Below are positions 1 to 13,313 of a stretch of 64,000 nt of DNA, piece by piece. Under the pieces are notes generated by a model, which made no database searches, was not told where the DNA came from, and saw nothing but the letters and a program-made list of their open reading frames with translations. Source of the stretch: Eledone cirrhosa (taxonomy: Eukaryota); the NCBI GenBank assembly GCA_964016885.1, contig OZ024741.1:61256001-61320000 (forward strand). Reading direction: 5' to 3'. Numbering within the stretch: position 1 is the first letter of the stretch; every line of letters starts with the position of its first letter. Both the position numbers and the translations under genes were made by a program.

Positions 1-29
1 CTAAACTTTGATTTATACCCATTATTATT

Positions 30-325
30 GGTGAATTGGCAGTATCGGTAGAGGGTGGGACGCCATGCTTTGACGCATAGAGTTACGGCCCTTGCCATTC
101 TGAGTTCAAATCCCGCCGAGGTTAACTTTGCCTTTCATCCTTACGGGGTCGATAAAATAAAGTACCAGTAATACACTGGGTAATTGCTGGCCTTGTGCCA
201 AAAGTAGAAACAATTATTATTATTAACTTTGCCTTTCATCCTTACGGGGTCGATAAAATAAAGTACCAGTAATGCACTAGGTAATTGCTGGCCTTGTGCC
301 AAAGTAGAAACAATTATTATTATTA
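30..325 (+). mobile_element. tRNA-derived SINE (family A, ATT-tailed), full copy plus tandem duplicate of its 3' half
   Basis: A-box-like TGGCAGTATCGG, B-box GAGTTCAAATCC, conserved body AACTTTGCCTTTCATCCTTACGGGGTCGATAAAATAAAGTACCAG and (ATT)n tail. 225-325 repeats the 3' half. Many other copies in the window. Confidence 0.85.
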
Positions 326-421
326 TATACATATATATATATATATAAAACAGTGTGTGTGTGTGTATGTGTGTGCATCATCATCAATTAACCTCGGTTT
401 TTGCTGTTGTACACACACATA

Positions 422-452
<31 letters not shown>

Positions 453-473
453 TTAGATACATATATATATATG

Positions 474-511
<38 letters not shown>

Positions 512-1355
512 ACAGACACACATACTCACATGCATACACACATACACATTGATACAAACACACACATGATAATTGTTGTTCAATTTACATGAACTTAGTA
601 TGAGTCCTAGTTCTGTTGGCAATTCAAAGAGAACTAATCACTAACGACTTTTGTTTGTTTATTTTAATGAAGATATTTTCCTTTTTTGGTTTTATTAAAA
701 TAATCATTTTTATTTATTTCCATTAGTTTATTTGTTTTCCAGTTTCTTTGTAAAATAGAGAGAATGAGTGACATAGAGAGTGAGTGACGGTGAGAGAGGG
801 AGAGAGCAAGAGACAGGGAGAGAAAGAGGGTAAAAGAGACAGGGAGAAAGAGAGAGTGAATGCGAGACAGAGTGAGGGAGAGAGAGAGTGACAGAGAGAG
901 AAAGAGAGATATTTCCTGAGGCAGGGATTGAAACTATTAACTATTTAAATTGTAACTACTACTATTACTGCTACTACTACTACTGCTACCACCACTACTA
1001 CTACCACCAACAAACTCTATTGGTAGCAATTTTAACTACTCAGTTGTGGTCCTGCAAGGGATAAATAAACAAATAACAACAACAACAACAAAGAAAGAAA
1101 GAAAACTTAACAGTTTTTTTGGCAAAGAACAAAAAAAAAATCATTTTAAAATGATTAGATAATTTTCTTCTTTTTTTTCATACATTTAAAAAATTATTAT
1201 TATGACTATTATTATTATTATTACTATTATTATTATCAAAATGTAGTTGTCTCAATGTAAATGACTATAACAAAAATCGATCATTATAAATAATAGTTGA
1301 TAAAATCATCCCTGGTTTCATAGAAGTGTGGTAAATAAATATATACATATATATT

Positions 1356-1700
1356 AGGTCTGAACATAATGAAATCAAATTCCCATTGTCACTGCCTCAG
1401 TCTTTCTCACACTCCCCATCTCTCACTATTATAAGCAAATGGAGGCCTACACGCTGGCCGCCCAGTGGCCTCAGCAGACAAAATAGAGAAGGTGTTTCCC
1501 CAGAGGATGGTGAGGGAGATGCGAAGCTGTGTGAAATACACCTGGAGATAGAAAAAAGTGGACAGAGATGTCTGTAAGGAATTGATCTTAAAACCTTTAA
1601 ATGTTGTGGAAGTTCAATGACTATTACACTAAGGGATCCTTGAGCAATGTTGCTGTGCTTTAGAAGATTTTAAGCCTGTAGCTAGAAGTGTCAACATTTA
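1356..1700 (+). repeat. Unclassified interspersed repeat, copy 1
   Basis: 1356-1520 matches the reverse complement of about 39415-39583. Both copies start AGGTCYGAACA next to a TA tract. The right boundary is uncertain. Confidence 0.6.
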
Positions 1701-2132
1701 CTTGACTGAAGAAATGTTGAGAAAATTTGAAATGTAATTATCGCAGTGTAAATGACTCTAAGGATATTCAAACACTATGAAAATATTTAAGAAAATTGGA
1801 TAGAGTACTCTTGGGGTGAGTACACTGTACCCACAATAGCTGACAATGGAAAAACTGTGGGAAACTAAATAAGAACAACTTTCCATCCCCTATACATCAT
1901 CATAAACTGAAATCGAGATACAAATTATTGTTCTTAAATGCTTGTAGTTTATGCAACAAGATACATCTTTTTGATTCTTATTACAGCTTTATTACAGAAA
2001 ATCATTTAATATTTTAGTGGAAGAGCAGTAAATTGACAGAGAAAATGCATTCTGTTATTTGTTACAGCTCTTTATGTTCTAGATTTGAATAGTATTTTAC
2101 CTTTCATCCTTCAGTGTTTGATAAAATACAAT

Positions 2133-2268
2133 AATTGTTTCTATGTTAGGCACAAGGCCAGCAATTACTCAGTGTACTTACTGATACTTTATTTTATCGA
2201 CCCCGTAAGGATGAAAGGCAAAGTTAACCTCGGCGGGATTTGAACTCAGAATAGCAAGGGCCTCGTAC
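2133..2268 (-). mobile_element. SINE family A, 5'-truncated
   Basis: Reverse complement of the family A B-box, body and tail. Confidence 0.8.
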
Positions 2269-2317
2269 AATAATGATCTCAGTTTAACTGGCCTTGTGTC
2301 AATGTTAGAAAATATTA

Positions 2318-3162
2318 GTGGCAGGTAAAATGATGACATTCTTGGAGAGACTCTAGTGGTCAACAAAAATCAACGAACCACTCTTTTCCAGAGAACTTTC
2401 AGTTCAGGGCTCATGGATAACTTCCAGAAATGCCTGGCCTGTCTGTGTGTGTGACTGAGGAGCTTTGCCAGTTCAAGATAAACTCTACAAGCATGGAAAT
2501 GCAATCAGCCAGGTCTGTTCAAGATGTGTGTAGGGCGATGAATGTCTAATAATTAGTATTGCTGACTTGTGGGTTTATGTCAAACACCTGCTGTCATGTG
2601 TGGGACAGATCTGGCTATCAACTGAGTCCTTTATGAAGGTCGCCCCACCAACTTCCTTTAGAGGGGAAGCACAGGCAGTTTTTATCTGCCTGGTGGCCAT
2701 GACAAAAGTGGTCGAGTGGTGGACACACCTGAAAAGTTTGAAAACAAGCACTTTCCTCTTCGATGAAGCTCTGATTAACTTTTTCAGGGTAGAGAAGGAA
2801 ATGCTACCTTCCAACCAGTTTATTGAAAGGTAGGTGTGAGAGGTGAGCATAGTCTAAGTGAATGGGTTTGCTCTGAGTATGCACCTGTAAATTGGAGAAC
2901 ATCTGAGAGATGGCACTTGCCCTAGTGGTCAAGGTTACCATAGCTTTTGTGGGCCTTCTCCATGAGTGACGCTCAGTGGTGTCCCCCCTTTTGAGGAATT
3001 TGTTATGTTTTTATTTTAAATATTTATTTTTTAGCCTTCTTTATGAACCTTTCTCCTTACACACAAAAAGTGACCCATACAATACTGTCCTGTACCATCC
3101 TTATTGTCTTCTTAATGTAAGCCCTGTGTGACTAATAAAGAAAGCATTATTATTATTATTGT
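2318..3162 (+). mobile_element. Tx1/L1-like LINE 3' remnant (ORF2 C-terminus, 3' UTR, ATT tail)
   Basis: ORF 2567-2833 (LWVYVKHLLS...AVFICLVAM...LINFF...FIER) is homologous to 10825-11226. Ends TAATAAAGAAAGC(ATT)n. Confidence 0.7.
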
Positions 3163-3167
3163 TATAA

Positions 3168-3725
3168 TGAGTTCAAATCCTGCCGAGGTTAACTTTGCTT
3201 TTCATCCTTACGGGGTCGATAAAATAAAGTACCAGTAATGCACTGGGTAATTGCTGGCCTTGTGCCAAACGTAGAAACAATTATTATTGTTATAATGAGT
3301 GGTGGATTGGCAGTTTGGTAGAGCGTTGGACAACATGCTGTACAGTATAGAGTTATGGTCCTTTGTGTTCTCAGTTCAAATCCTGCCAAGGTTAGCTTTG
3401 CTTTTCATCCTTATGAGGTAGATAAAATAAAGTACCAGTCACGCACTGGAGTCGATTTAATCGACTTTCCCCTCCCCCCAAATTACTGGCCTTGTGCCTA
3501 TATAAGAAACCATTATTGTTATTACAGACGGTGGATTGGCAGTATTGGTAGAGAGACAGATGCCATGCTTTCCAGCATGGAGTTATGGCCCATTACAGTC
3601 TGAGTTCAAATCCTGCCGAGATTAACTTTGCCTTTCATTCTTACGGGGTCAATAAAATAAAGCACCCGTAATGTATTGGGATAATTGTTGGCCTTGTGCC
3701 AAAAGTAGAAACAATCATTTTTATT
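3168..3725 (+). mobile_element. Three tandem SINE family A copies
   Basis: B-box/body/tail units at about 3168-3290, 3297-3520 and 3528-3725, separated by ATT tails. Confidence 0.85.
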
Positions 3726-4129
3726 ACAGTTCCAAGTGAGTTTCTAGCTACATCATCTGGTGCACCACCATGTTCCTGATGTGTGTGTCATGTGATGTGT
3801 AATATCAGTTGTTTTATTTTATTAGCTGCTTATTGTACAGGGTGTTTGTTGAGTGTGAAAAGTTATTATTTTTATTAGTAAGATTGAATTGTTAAAACTC
3901 TGTTGTTGCAGTTTGACAAATTGATATCTGAGATTCTTCTCTTTTACTTTCACCCCCCACCCTCTCTTTCTCTCTCTCTTGTTCTTGTTTCATAAAAATT
4001 AATAACTAAAGCACCAAATTTCTCTCATTGCTTCCTCACATGCTTCTAGCTACAGAATTATTGTTATTATCTATATACACACTGAGATACACATATGTAT
4101 GCATAATATATATATGTATAATATATATA

Positions 4130-4942
4130 TATCTATCTATCTAAGGCGGGTAAAATTCCCGAGATCCATGGACGAGTTCTCTCCAGCGGTCTCTGTCCCT
4201 CATTATCGCTGCCATATCCTGCATCTCCAACAGACCAGTGTCTGTCCTTAGGGCATCAACATATGTTAACCTTGGTCTTCCTCTTCTAGTGTGTCCATGT
4301 AGGGGCTCCCAAAGGAGCACTGAGTGCAATGTCAACTCTGGATGTCGGTGAGCATGTCCAGCCAACCTCAGTCTCCTCTGTTTCACTTTTGAGCTGATTT
4401 TGGGGATGCTCCCTTACAGCTCTGAGTTTTTCATCCTCAGTGTATACTGATTAATGTTCAGAGCCATCCTCAGCATTCTCGTGTAGCACCCATCCACCAT
4501 CTGAGTGAGTCTCTTGGTCAGTGTCCAAGTCTCAGACCCATACAGCAGCACAGACTCCACTACAGCAATGAAGAGGCGGATTTTCAGGTCTCTACGAAGG
4601 TCCGACTTCCACACCGACCTCAAGCTGTGACATGCCGCCCAGGCCTTGCTCTTCCTCTCAACCACATCATCTTCCGTATTCCCAATCTTTGCTCCCAAAT
4701 ACAGGAAGTCCTCAACCAATTCCAGCGGCTTCCCGCCTACATTAGTGATCCCCTCTGGCTTCTCAACATTCTCTACCAGATATTTTGTTTTAGTCTCACT
4801 CATCGACACAGTCTCAACCTCCCGCATCAAATCCTCTGCCTCCTTCACTGTATTTGTCACCAAAACTATGTCGTCAGCAAATTCAGCATCCGATACCTTT
4901 TTCGCCCCAACTCTCCTGCTCTGAGCCGGTGCTACAGTAAAC
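4130..4942 (-). mobile_element. RTE-clade LINE (FADD-type family), 3' part: RT motifs 5-7 and C-terminus
   Basis: DAEFADDIVLV, DFLYLG, VESVLLYGSETWTLT, RRLRLAGH, RRGRPRLTY, DRDRWRELV. Ends in (TAGA)n/(TA)n. Confidence 0.85.
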
Positions 4943-5497
4943 TACATCCAGTGGCAAGGCTCCAGTTCGGGAGTTCAGGAGATGTGGGGAATGTGGAGTT
5001 ACCCCTTAGTTGTCATGACTCCCAGGTCTGCCCTGGCCCGGGGTGGTAGTACCTGTTAGGGCTCCATTTATGGGTTAAATAACTACCTTATTCGAGTGGC
5101 ACCGGTAAGGTATTGTCAGCCATTGAAAAGAAATATGGAGAGTCGATCTAACAGCACTAGGGTTAGAGCCCCTAATTACACTGTCAAGGAGCAGCCTGGT
5201 CGTTATGACTCTGCTGGCTTAGAGCCACAGAGAGGGCCAGTGAATGATGGATCAGCTGTCTCTGAGACAAATATAAAGAATGCAGTTTTGTCCTGCAGAA
5301 GAGCCATCAAAATGGGCACTTTGAATGTGAGGACTATTCGAACGCTGGAGAAGAGAGAGGAGTTGGGACATCTGTTCGAGGAGAGTGGTATACAGATACT
5401 TGCGATCCAAGAACACAGGATTCTACACGATGAGCCCGTGAGGAGTGTGATGATCGGGAGGAAGAGCCAGCTCATCACTACATCGGCAGTGAAGAAC

Positions 5498-5505
<8 letters not shown>
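4938..5505 (+). mobile_element. RTE-clade LINE 5' UTR and start of AP endonuclease, inverted relative to 4130-4942
   Basis: MGTLNVRTI...IQILAIQEHR are endonuclease motifs I-II. The reading frame runs abruptly into (TA)n at about 5505. Confidence 0.8.
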
Positions 5506-5555
<50 letters not shown>

Positions 5556-6960
5556 AGGGGTATTGTAGTATTGTAAAATTGTTTGCTATAACAAAAGAAA
5601 AATATAAAATAAGGGGTAAAAAAAAGAAAGAACAAACAAATAAGATAAAAAACAAAATCAAGAGACCAAACCAAATACAATTGTTTCTATTTCAATAGTT
5701 GTATAATTTCTTTTTCAAATATTAAGTACTAAATACTAAAGTATTTTATTAATACTAAAATGTAAATTATATATTTTAATGACTGCTGGATAACCAGATG
5801 TGTTTCTTTCCAAATATTTCATTGATTTTTAGCAGTATATTTCTATAACTTATAGTGAATGTAACAATTCATACAGCTAAACTACCCTAGAACAATATGT
5901 GGAGGTGGGGACTAAAAAGACCTGCTAACTACTGTAAAGCAAAGAAATATATGATGATATAGTAACATAGAAAGGTCTGCTGGATTGACCAAGATCATCC
6001 TCAAAGACAGTTAGAAGGAAAAGAAAGCAAGGGTGTCTGAGGAAGAAATAAGCAGACAACATTGTATAATAAACCAGTTAAAGATTTTGTGACAATCCAG
6101 CTGTAACCCCAAAAATCTGGTGGTGAAGACTTTATGGCAATCCAAATCTTGGCTTGAGGCTGAGATGGAGGGAGGGAACTAGAACATTGCTCTACAATGC
6201 AATGCCTACACTACTCTGGAGAGTCAGAGGAAAACGTGAAGTGAACTGAAGTCTACCCTTACATATATGTAGCATATTTGTAGATACATAGATTTTTTTT
6301 TTTTAATGAAATAACAAGCCCAATTTTGTAGAGAAGAGAATGCTTATGTGTCGTAAAAAAAGAACATCTAAGGTGTCACTTGCAATCAACCCCCAAAGTT
6401 GAGCTCAGCATGATATGAACTCAGAGCACAGAATTCCAGAACAAATATTGCAAGCTTTGCATCAACATGTATCATGTTTTGCTCAGGAAGAAGGCCAAAA
6501 TGTGATTATAACAACCCAGATGAAGACACATGTTTTAATAAATCAGTATTATAATATATATATATATATATATTCATTTAAGCAGTGAACCTTTGAGCCT
6601 TGTTGCTCTGGAGCTTCACTTACATACTCGCAAGATCATTAGGTGAAACTTTAATGCTCAGCCTTAATAATAAATGAATATTTTAAACTCTACTTTGGTA
6701 TTGAGTACTTTTCCTCACATCTATCAATCACACACACACATATATATATGTATAAACCTATGCAGGTTTAGCTGGCCTCCTTTAAGGCTGGAGATTTCTC
6801 ATGTAGTTTAATTATAGAGATCCTAGTTATATCATGAAAAGCAACATAAAATTGAGTGCTATTTTCAAGAACACAGTCACAATGCATTGTCCAGTCCAGG
6901 AATTGAAACAATAACCTTAAGATCGTGAATCCACTATGCTAACCATTAGGCCTTCACATA

Positions 6961-7903
6961 TCATCATCATAATCACCGTTTTACATCCATTCTTCCACGC
7001 TAGCATGGGTTAGACGGGTTGTCCTGTTGTGGGCAGTGTCCAGTCGGCTAACCTTGTCTTGCTCATACAGGAACTGATTCTGGCTTGATTTCTACAGCTG
7101 GATGCCCTTCCTAACACCAACCTCATTTACAGTGAGTGCTGAGTGCTTTTTTTCCATGGCACCTACACCCACTTTACAGTGTGGGCTGGGTGGTTTTTAG
7201 CCATGGCACCTCCACGACCACTTTGCAGTGGGAGGGGGTGGAGGCATATTGTCTATATGCTTCAGCTTTGGCTTGTTCCTGTGAGAAGTCGAGTCTTCTG
7301 TATTACTGCATGATGCCAGAGGTCACGGTCAAGTGTCATCGCCCTTGAGATGTGCAATTGGGTAAGGTCGGCTTTTATCACCTCATCCCAGGTCTTCTTG
7401 GATCTCCCCACTCCACAGCTTCCATTGACTTTTAATGCTCTGCACCTTTTTATGCAGCTGTCATCCTTCATACGCATCACATGTCCATACCAACGTAACC
7501 TCCTCTCCTGCGCACAGCATTTGATTCCTCTTATGCTCAGTCTCTCTCTCAGTTCGTTTATGCTTTGCTGTTCGTGTATATTACTATTAAACATCCATCG
7601 GAGCATGCAAGCTTCTTTTCTTTCTAATCTACGCAAGTCTTCTACAGACAGCGCCCAGGTCTCACTACCATGTAACATTGCTGTTCGTATGCATGCATCA
7701 TACAGTCTGCCTTTCATTTTGAGGGAAAAGCCTTTTGCAGCTAGCAGTGGCAGTAGCTCCCTGAACTTCTTCCATCCCGTTCTTACCCTAGTTATTGTAC
7801 TTTCCGAACACCTGCCTCCACTGCTAATTCGGTCACCTAGGTAGCAGAAGCTGTCTACTGTTTCTACAGAGCCCTCCCATAGTTTGGTGGTGCTTGTTTC
7901 CTG
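6961..7903 (-). mobile_element. RTE-clade LINE subfamily A, 5'-truncated
   Basis: ORF 7262-7717 (AMLHGSETW, RRLRWYGHVMR, KKTW), 3' UTR with GGAAGGGCATCCAGCTGTAGAAA, (GAT)n tail. The 5' end abuts (TA)n. Confidence 0.9.
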
Positions 7904-7996
7904 ATATATTTATATATATATATAAAATTATGAGGACCCTTGTCTAACTAAATCCATGTGTGTGTGTATATATATATGTATATATGTATATATATG

Positions 7997-8063
<67 letters not shown>

Positions 8064-8314
8064 CACAAAAGTAAGAGTACTGATGTTTTATTTAAATATA
8101 TATTAGACGTACATGAAATTACAAGTTATCAGCTTCGAAATACTGTACTGGAAGTAATGTTATGTGAGTGTCCGTAGCTCATCAGTTAAAATTTTTTGTG
8201 TTTTCCATATTTCAAAATGGTGACTCTGCAACTTCGATTCCAACTTAGGAAAGAGCTAGAAGTCACATAGAACTAGATCTGGGCTGTGTGAGCAGGCCCA
8301 ATATTACAGTACAG

Positions 8315-8425
<111 letters not shown>

Positions 8426-9504
8426 GAGAGAGAGAGAGAGAGAGAGAGGGGGAGAGAGAGAGAGAAAGTGTGTGTGTTGCTGAACACTTGAAGGCACTTG
8501 AAGGAAGCTCTATCAACCAAGATAAAGCTGCTAATCTGAATAAAACAGTTTATAATAATGATTCCTCATTGCAAAAATTCAGACAAAATCTATCAGATAT
8601 GTACATTTACATCTAATACAGCGAAACATTTCATATTTGTCTTACCAGAAATACTGAGAAGTTTTAATATAGAAGTCATAAAAAAAGAAATGATATATCA
8701 CTTTCAACGATCATAAAGAAAATGATTTATTTATATATATGTATATATTTTTTAGTCAATATCAGACATAATATTTTAACCAGCTTCAGATGTAACATTC
8801 TAGATAAATAGATATCACATATTTTCAAGATTAAATAGTAAAAAATATATTATTTTCATTCACAGTAGTATTCAAAATGTAATTAATACTTATTTTCAAT
8901 TATCATGCGAACTAACAGAAGGAAATTTTTTTCTCACTAATACTATATTTTTAGACATGTCCAGTTGAAAAAAATATTCTAAATTTATACCAATGGCATT
9001 CTGTTTATACACGGGCAACCAATTATTTAACAGATTACTAATACTTCATCTTGAAACCATCTAACTTGAAGTCATCTATAGGAAAGTTTTAATGTTACGC
9101 AATATATTTTGAGAGTTTACATAAAAATTATTCCTTTTTCATTTACATTTCAATATCCATTGTCTAGTATCATCATCATCACTGTTTTATATCTATTTTC
9201 CATGTTGGCATTGGTTGGATTGCTTGTCATGATCTAAAGCTAGACTGGTCATATGACCATATCTGGCTCCTGTATTCCATTTTGGCATCGTTTCTACAGC
9301 TGGATGTTCTACCTAATACCAAGCACTTTACAGTGTTTACAGGGTGTGTTGATCTGTTTAGGCACCAGCACTACCACATTATAGGCTGGATTGGGTGCAT
9401 TTAATGACAGCTAACATCTCATTGTAGGGTGTGGGGGATGTTCATAAAATTGAAGACTGAGATGCCCATTTTATGTGTGGCATCATCATTTAGAGTGTGT
9501 GCCA

Positions 9505-10150
9505 TACTATTATTATTACTATTATTTTCATTGCATGCTGTCCCTACATTATTTAGCACAAGTCTGTGTACCTTGGGTATGTGTAGTGTTATGTTTTTGG
9601 TGGTGTTCTTTCTATTGTATTAAGAATACACTTTGTAATATGTGTCTAGTGCCTAGTAGTACTATGATCGCTATGATGTGAGTATTTGTAAGTCCTAGAA
9701 TATAGGTTATGCATCTGTCCGTTTTTTCTTATCTTCAGAGCATATTTATTATGGGGGATTGTTTCTGCTTTCATCATCCTACATATTTATATTTGGATAA
9801 TTTCTCTAATTCTTTAAGAGATATATTGCCATATGTGAGGATTAATATGTCAATTAGAAAGCATTTCTTTCTTGGTGGTTTTTACAACAATATCTAGTGA
9901 GTTTGCTTTGATAACTCCATCTGTGTGTACTGGCATATTTCAGAGTATGATTGCTTTGTTATAACCCTGACACCTTTTCTGGTGCATGTTTGTACCACCT
10001 TTCTTCTGCTAATATTCCATAATGCTGGCATAACTTCCAGTGTATGTAAATCCCAACGCTTTCATGTCCATGGATATATTCTTTTTTGGCTTAGACTAGG
10101 CAGCCAGAGACTATGTTTCTTCCCTATCTCTCCATATCCTGCAGTTACTT
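9505..10150 (-). mobile_element. R4/Dong-like non-LTR retrotransposon 3' remnant (restriction-like endonuclease domain)
   Basis: Manual minus-strand translation gives SGC...KKEYIHGHESVGIYIHWKLCQHYG, WYKHAPEKV, PVHTDGVIKANSLDIVVK and ELEKLSKY. The 3' end runs into (TAA)n. Confidence 0.75.
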
Positions 10151-10184
10151 AATGTGTTTTGCTTCATTATGTACTTATTATAAT

Positions 10185-10535
10185 GGGCGTTGGATTGGCA
10201 GTATCGGTAGAGGGTTGGACGCTATGCTTTGCAGCACAGAGTTACGCCCCTTTATGAGTTCAAATCCCGCCAAGGTTAACTTTGCCTTTCATCCTTACGG
10301 GGTCGATAAAATAAAGTACCAGTAATACACTGGGATAATTGCTGGCCTTGTGCCAAAAAGTAGAAACAATTATTATTATCATGAAATAAAGAAATTATTA
10401 TCATGAAAGGCAAAGCTCCTGCCAAGGTTAGCTTTGCCTTTCATCCCTATAGGGTCAGTGACACACTGAGGTCGATTCAATCTACTTGCCCTTTTTCTCC
10501 TGAGAATTGTTGGCCTTATGCCTAAATCAGAAACC
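10185..10535 (+). mobile_element. SINE family A, full copy plus truncated copy
   Basis: Full unit at 10185-10380. Body and tail fragment at about 10415-10535. Confidence 0.8.
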
Positions 10536-11505
10536 GGGTCAAGCGAAGACCAAGAGGGAGCGCTTGGAGACTGGAATGTCTTCAGGTGCTCACAGCCCTC
10601 GACCAGTCGGGCAATATGATCAGTGGAAACTCCACCTTGGCGTTCTATAGAGGATTAGTGGAGGGGAAGAGTGACGACATACTTGGGGAAACTCTAGGCA
10701 TCGACGAAAATCAACTAGCCAATCTCTTCGGAAGAACTTTCGGGCCGGGGCCTATGGACAACTTCCAGAAATCGCAGGCCTGGTAGTGTTACCGAGGAGC
10801 TTTGCCAGTTCGGGATAAACAGACATGGATGGAAGTGCCATCCTGCATGCACTCGTCCAGTGTCTGAGCATTGCTGACTTGTGGGTTTATGTCAAACACC
10901 TGCTGTCGCGTGTAGAACGGATCTGGCTATCAGTTGAGTCCATCGTGAGGATTGCCCCGCCCTCTTCCTTTAGCCGGGAAGGGCAGGCAGTTTTTATCTG
11001 TCTGGTGGCCATGGCGAAAGAGATAGTATGGTGGATGCATCTGATAGGGCTGAAGACGAGCACTTACCTCTTCGGTGATGCCCTGATTAACTTTTTCAAA
11101 TTTCATTTGAAAAGGAAAATCAGGGTAGAGAGGGAAGTGCTCTCTTCCCAGCATTTTGTTGAAAGATGGGTGAGAGAGGCAAGAATGACCCGAGTGAATG
11201 GGCCTACTCTGAGTATGTGCCTGTAAATTGAAGGTGGAAAACTGGGAGAGGGCACTTGCCCTGGTGGTCAGGGTCACTGTGGCTTTTTTAATGGGCTTTC
11301 TCCACAATGGCCTTCGGAAGTCTCCCCCTATTGGGGAATTTTTCATTGTTCTTTTTTGTTACATCCTCTGTTTTTGTTTTTTTTACATGCAGAAATGCCC
11401 ATTTGTACCGTCCTGTATTGTCCTGTACTGTCCTTAATGTCTCACTTTGTGTAAAGCCTTGTGGTTAATAAAGAAAGCATTATTATTATTATTATTATTA
11501 TTATT
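10536..11505 (+). mobile_element. Tx1/L1-like LINE 3' remnant
   Basis: FYRGLVEG...AW*CYRGALPVRDK...HALVQC...LW resembles the zf-RVT region of Tx1/L1 ORF2. T-rich 3' UTR, then TAATAAAGAAAGC(ATT)n. Confidence 0.75.
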
Positions 11506-11621
11506 AAATTAGTCTTGCCATTGTGCACTTTTACTCGACCTTATTGTAAACCCCCACTGTCCCTGTCTTTGTATTGTCCCCTACATGTCAGCCCTTGTGG
11601 CTAATAAATGAAATCATTATT

Positions 11622-11830
11622 AGGTGGATTGGCAGTATCGGTAGAGGGTCGGACGCCAAGCTTTACTGCATAGTTACGTCCCTTTACGATCTGAGTTCAA
11701 ATCCCGCCAAGGTTAACTTTACCTTTCATCCTTACGGGGTCGATAAAATAAAGTACCAGTAATACACTGGGATAATTGCTGGCCTTGTGCCAAAAGTAGA
11801 AACAATTATTATTATTATTATTATTATTGT
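11622..11830 (+). mobile_element. SINE family A, full length
   Basis: A box, B box, body and (ATT)n. Follows a second Tx1-type 3' end at about 11540-11620. Confidence 0.85.
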
Positions 11831-13313
11831 TGTTGTTGTTGCACAGTATTTATGTGTTTTATTGAGTTTACATATGCTTCCTAACAAACCACATAATCTA
11901 GGATGAGAAGCATTCTTGTCCTATAATATAGAGGTGTGGATGCAGCATAGATGAATGATTAAGTGATTTGTTTTGCAATAATTAAGTCCCAGATTAAATT
12001 CTACTTCTGTGGCATCTTGAGCATCATTTTACATGACCTCAGTTTGACCTATGACTTGTGAGTGAGATGGGTAGATAGAAATTGTTTGGAAGTCTGTTGG
12101 ATAGGCTGTACTTGTAATTCAAAGGGTCAGCATTGCCACACATACACTGGGTCATGCTTAATCTCCCTGAGAAATATGTGTGTTTTAAACAGTTATAAAT
12201 AATCTGACTGACTGATCCCAACTCCTAATAGTGGCATCCATCTTTCTCTGGGTTTAACTATATCCAACTCCTTTCACACACAAAAAGAGAAAGTGAGAGA
12301 GAGAGGAGACAGAGCAAGCAAGAGAGAGAGACAGATCAGAGAGAGAGGGGGGGACAGAGCAAGCGAGAGAGAGACAAATCAGACAGAGAGAGAGGAGACA
12401 GAGCAAGCAAGAGAGAGACAGATCAGAGACAGAAAGAAGAATCGATCCCAAAAGATGAAATGCAAGGTTGGCCACAGAGGTATTTGAACTCAGAATACAG
12501 AGAGCCAGAGTGTATATTGCCAACTTTTCTATCCAATGTCCTAACAACTCTACCAATTCCCCACCTATTATTACTCTATCATGATACAACTGTTTAATAA
12601 TACAATTTAGGTTTATAGCCTTTTATTTTATTTAGCAATCAATTCTTTGACCTTAATCTTTATCCATCTTTGAAAGTTAAAAACCTATATCTAAGAAAAC
12701 TTTGGACACACAATGATGACAGGCCTATGATTATTGCATGAAACATCAACAATCCCTGCAAGTATTTAAGATTCTTCTTCAGGATGCACTGAACAATTAT
12801 TATGACATAGATTTTGGATTTCACTAGCTATAATTTCCATCATGTCAACTGGGATAATGGTGGAAATATTCTCTAATCAGCAGAAAACTGAATCACATTA
12901 GCATATTTAGAACTGACAGGAACCAGTTCCATACAGTTACTCTCACATTTTGGTCTTGTTCAGTTCTGGAAAGTGAACTTTATGGGAGGAATTTTTACTG
13001 CAATCGTGTACTAACTCATATTTTTCCTCCCTGTTATTCCCTTTCTTCTTTTCTGACTATAAATTTCTCTTTTTCTCACTCTTTCTATCTGTCTCTTTCT
13101 TTCTTTCTCTCTCACTCTCTCTTTCCCTCTCTATCTTTCCTTCTCCCTCTCTCTCTCTCTTCAAGCCATGCCTGCACTTATGACACTGAAGCAAAAATAG
13201 GAAGTAATAAATAGGAAAATAATATTGCAATTTTTACTCCTTTCAATACCAAACTGACCAAAATTGGCTCTGCTTCTATGATACAATACCACACATTTTA
13301 AGAGGTAGCTATT

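Noticed and set aside
30-120. tRNA gene
   Set aside because: A and B boxes continue into a SINE body and tail. No full cloverleaf. Many diverged copies.
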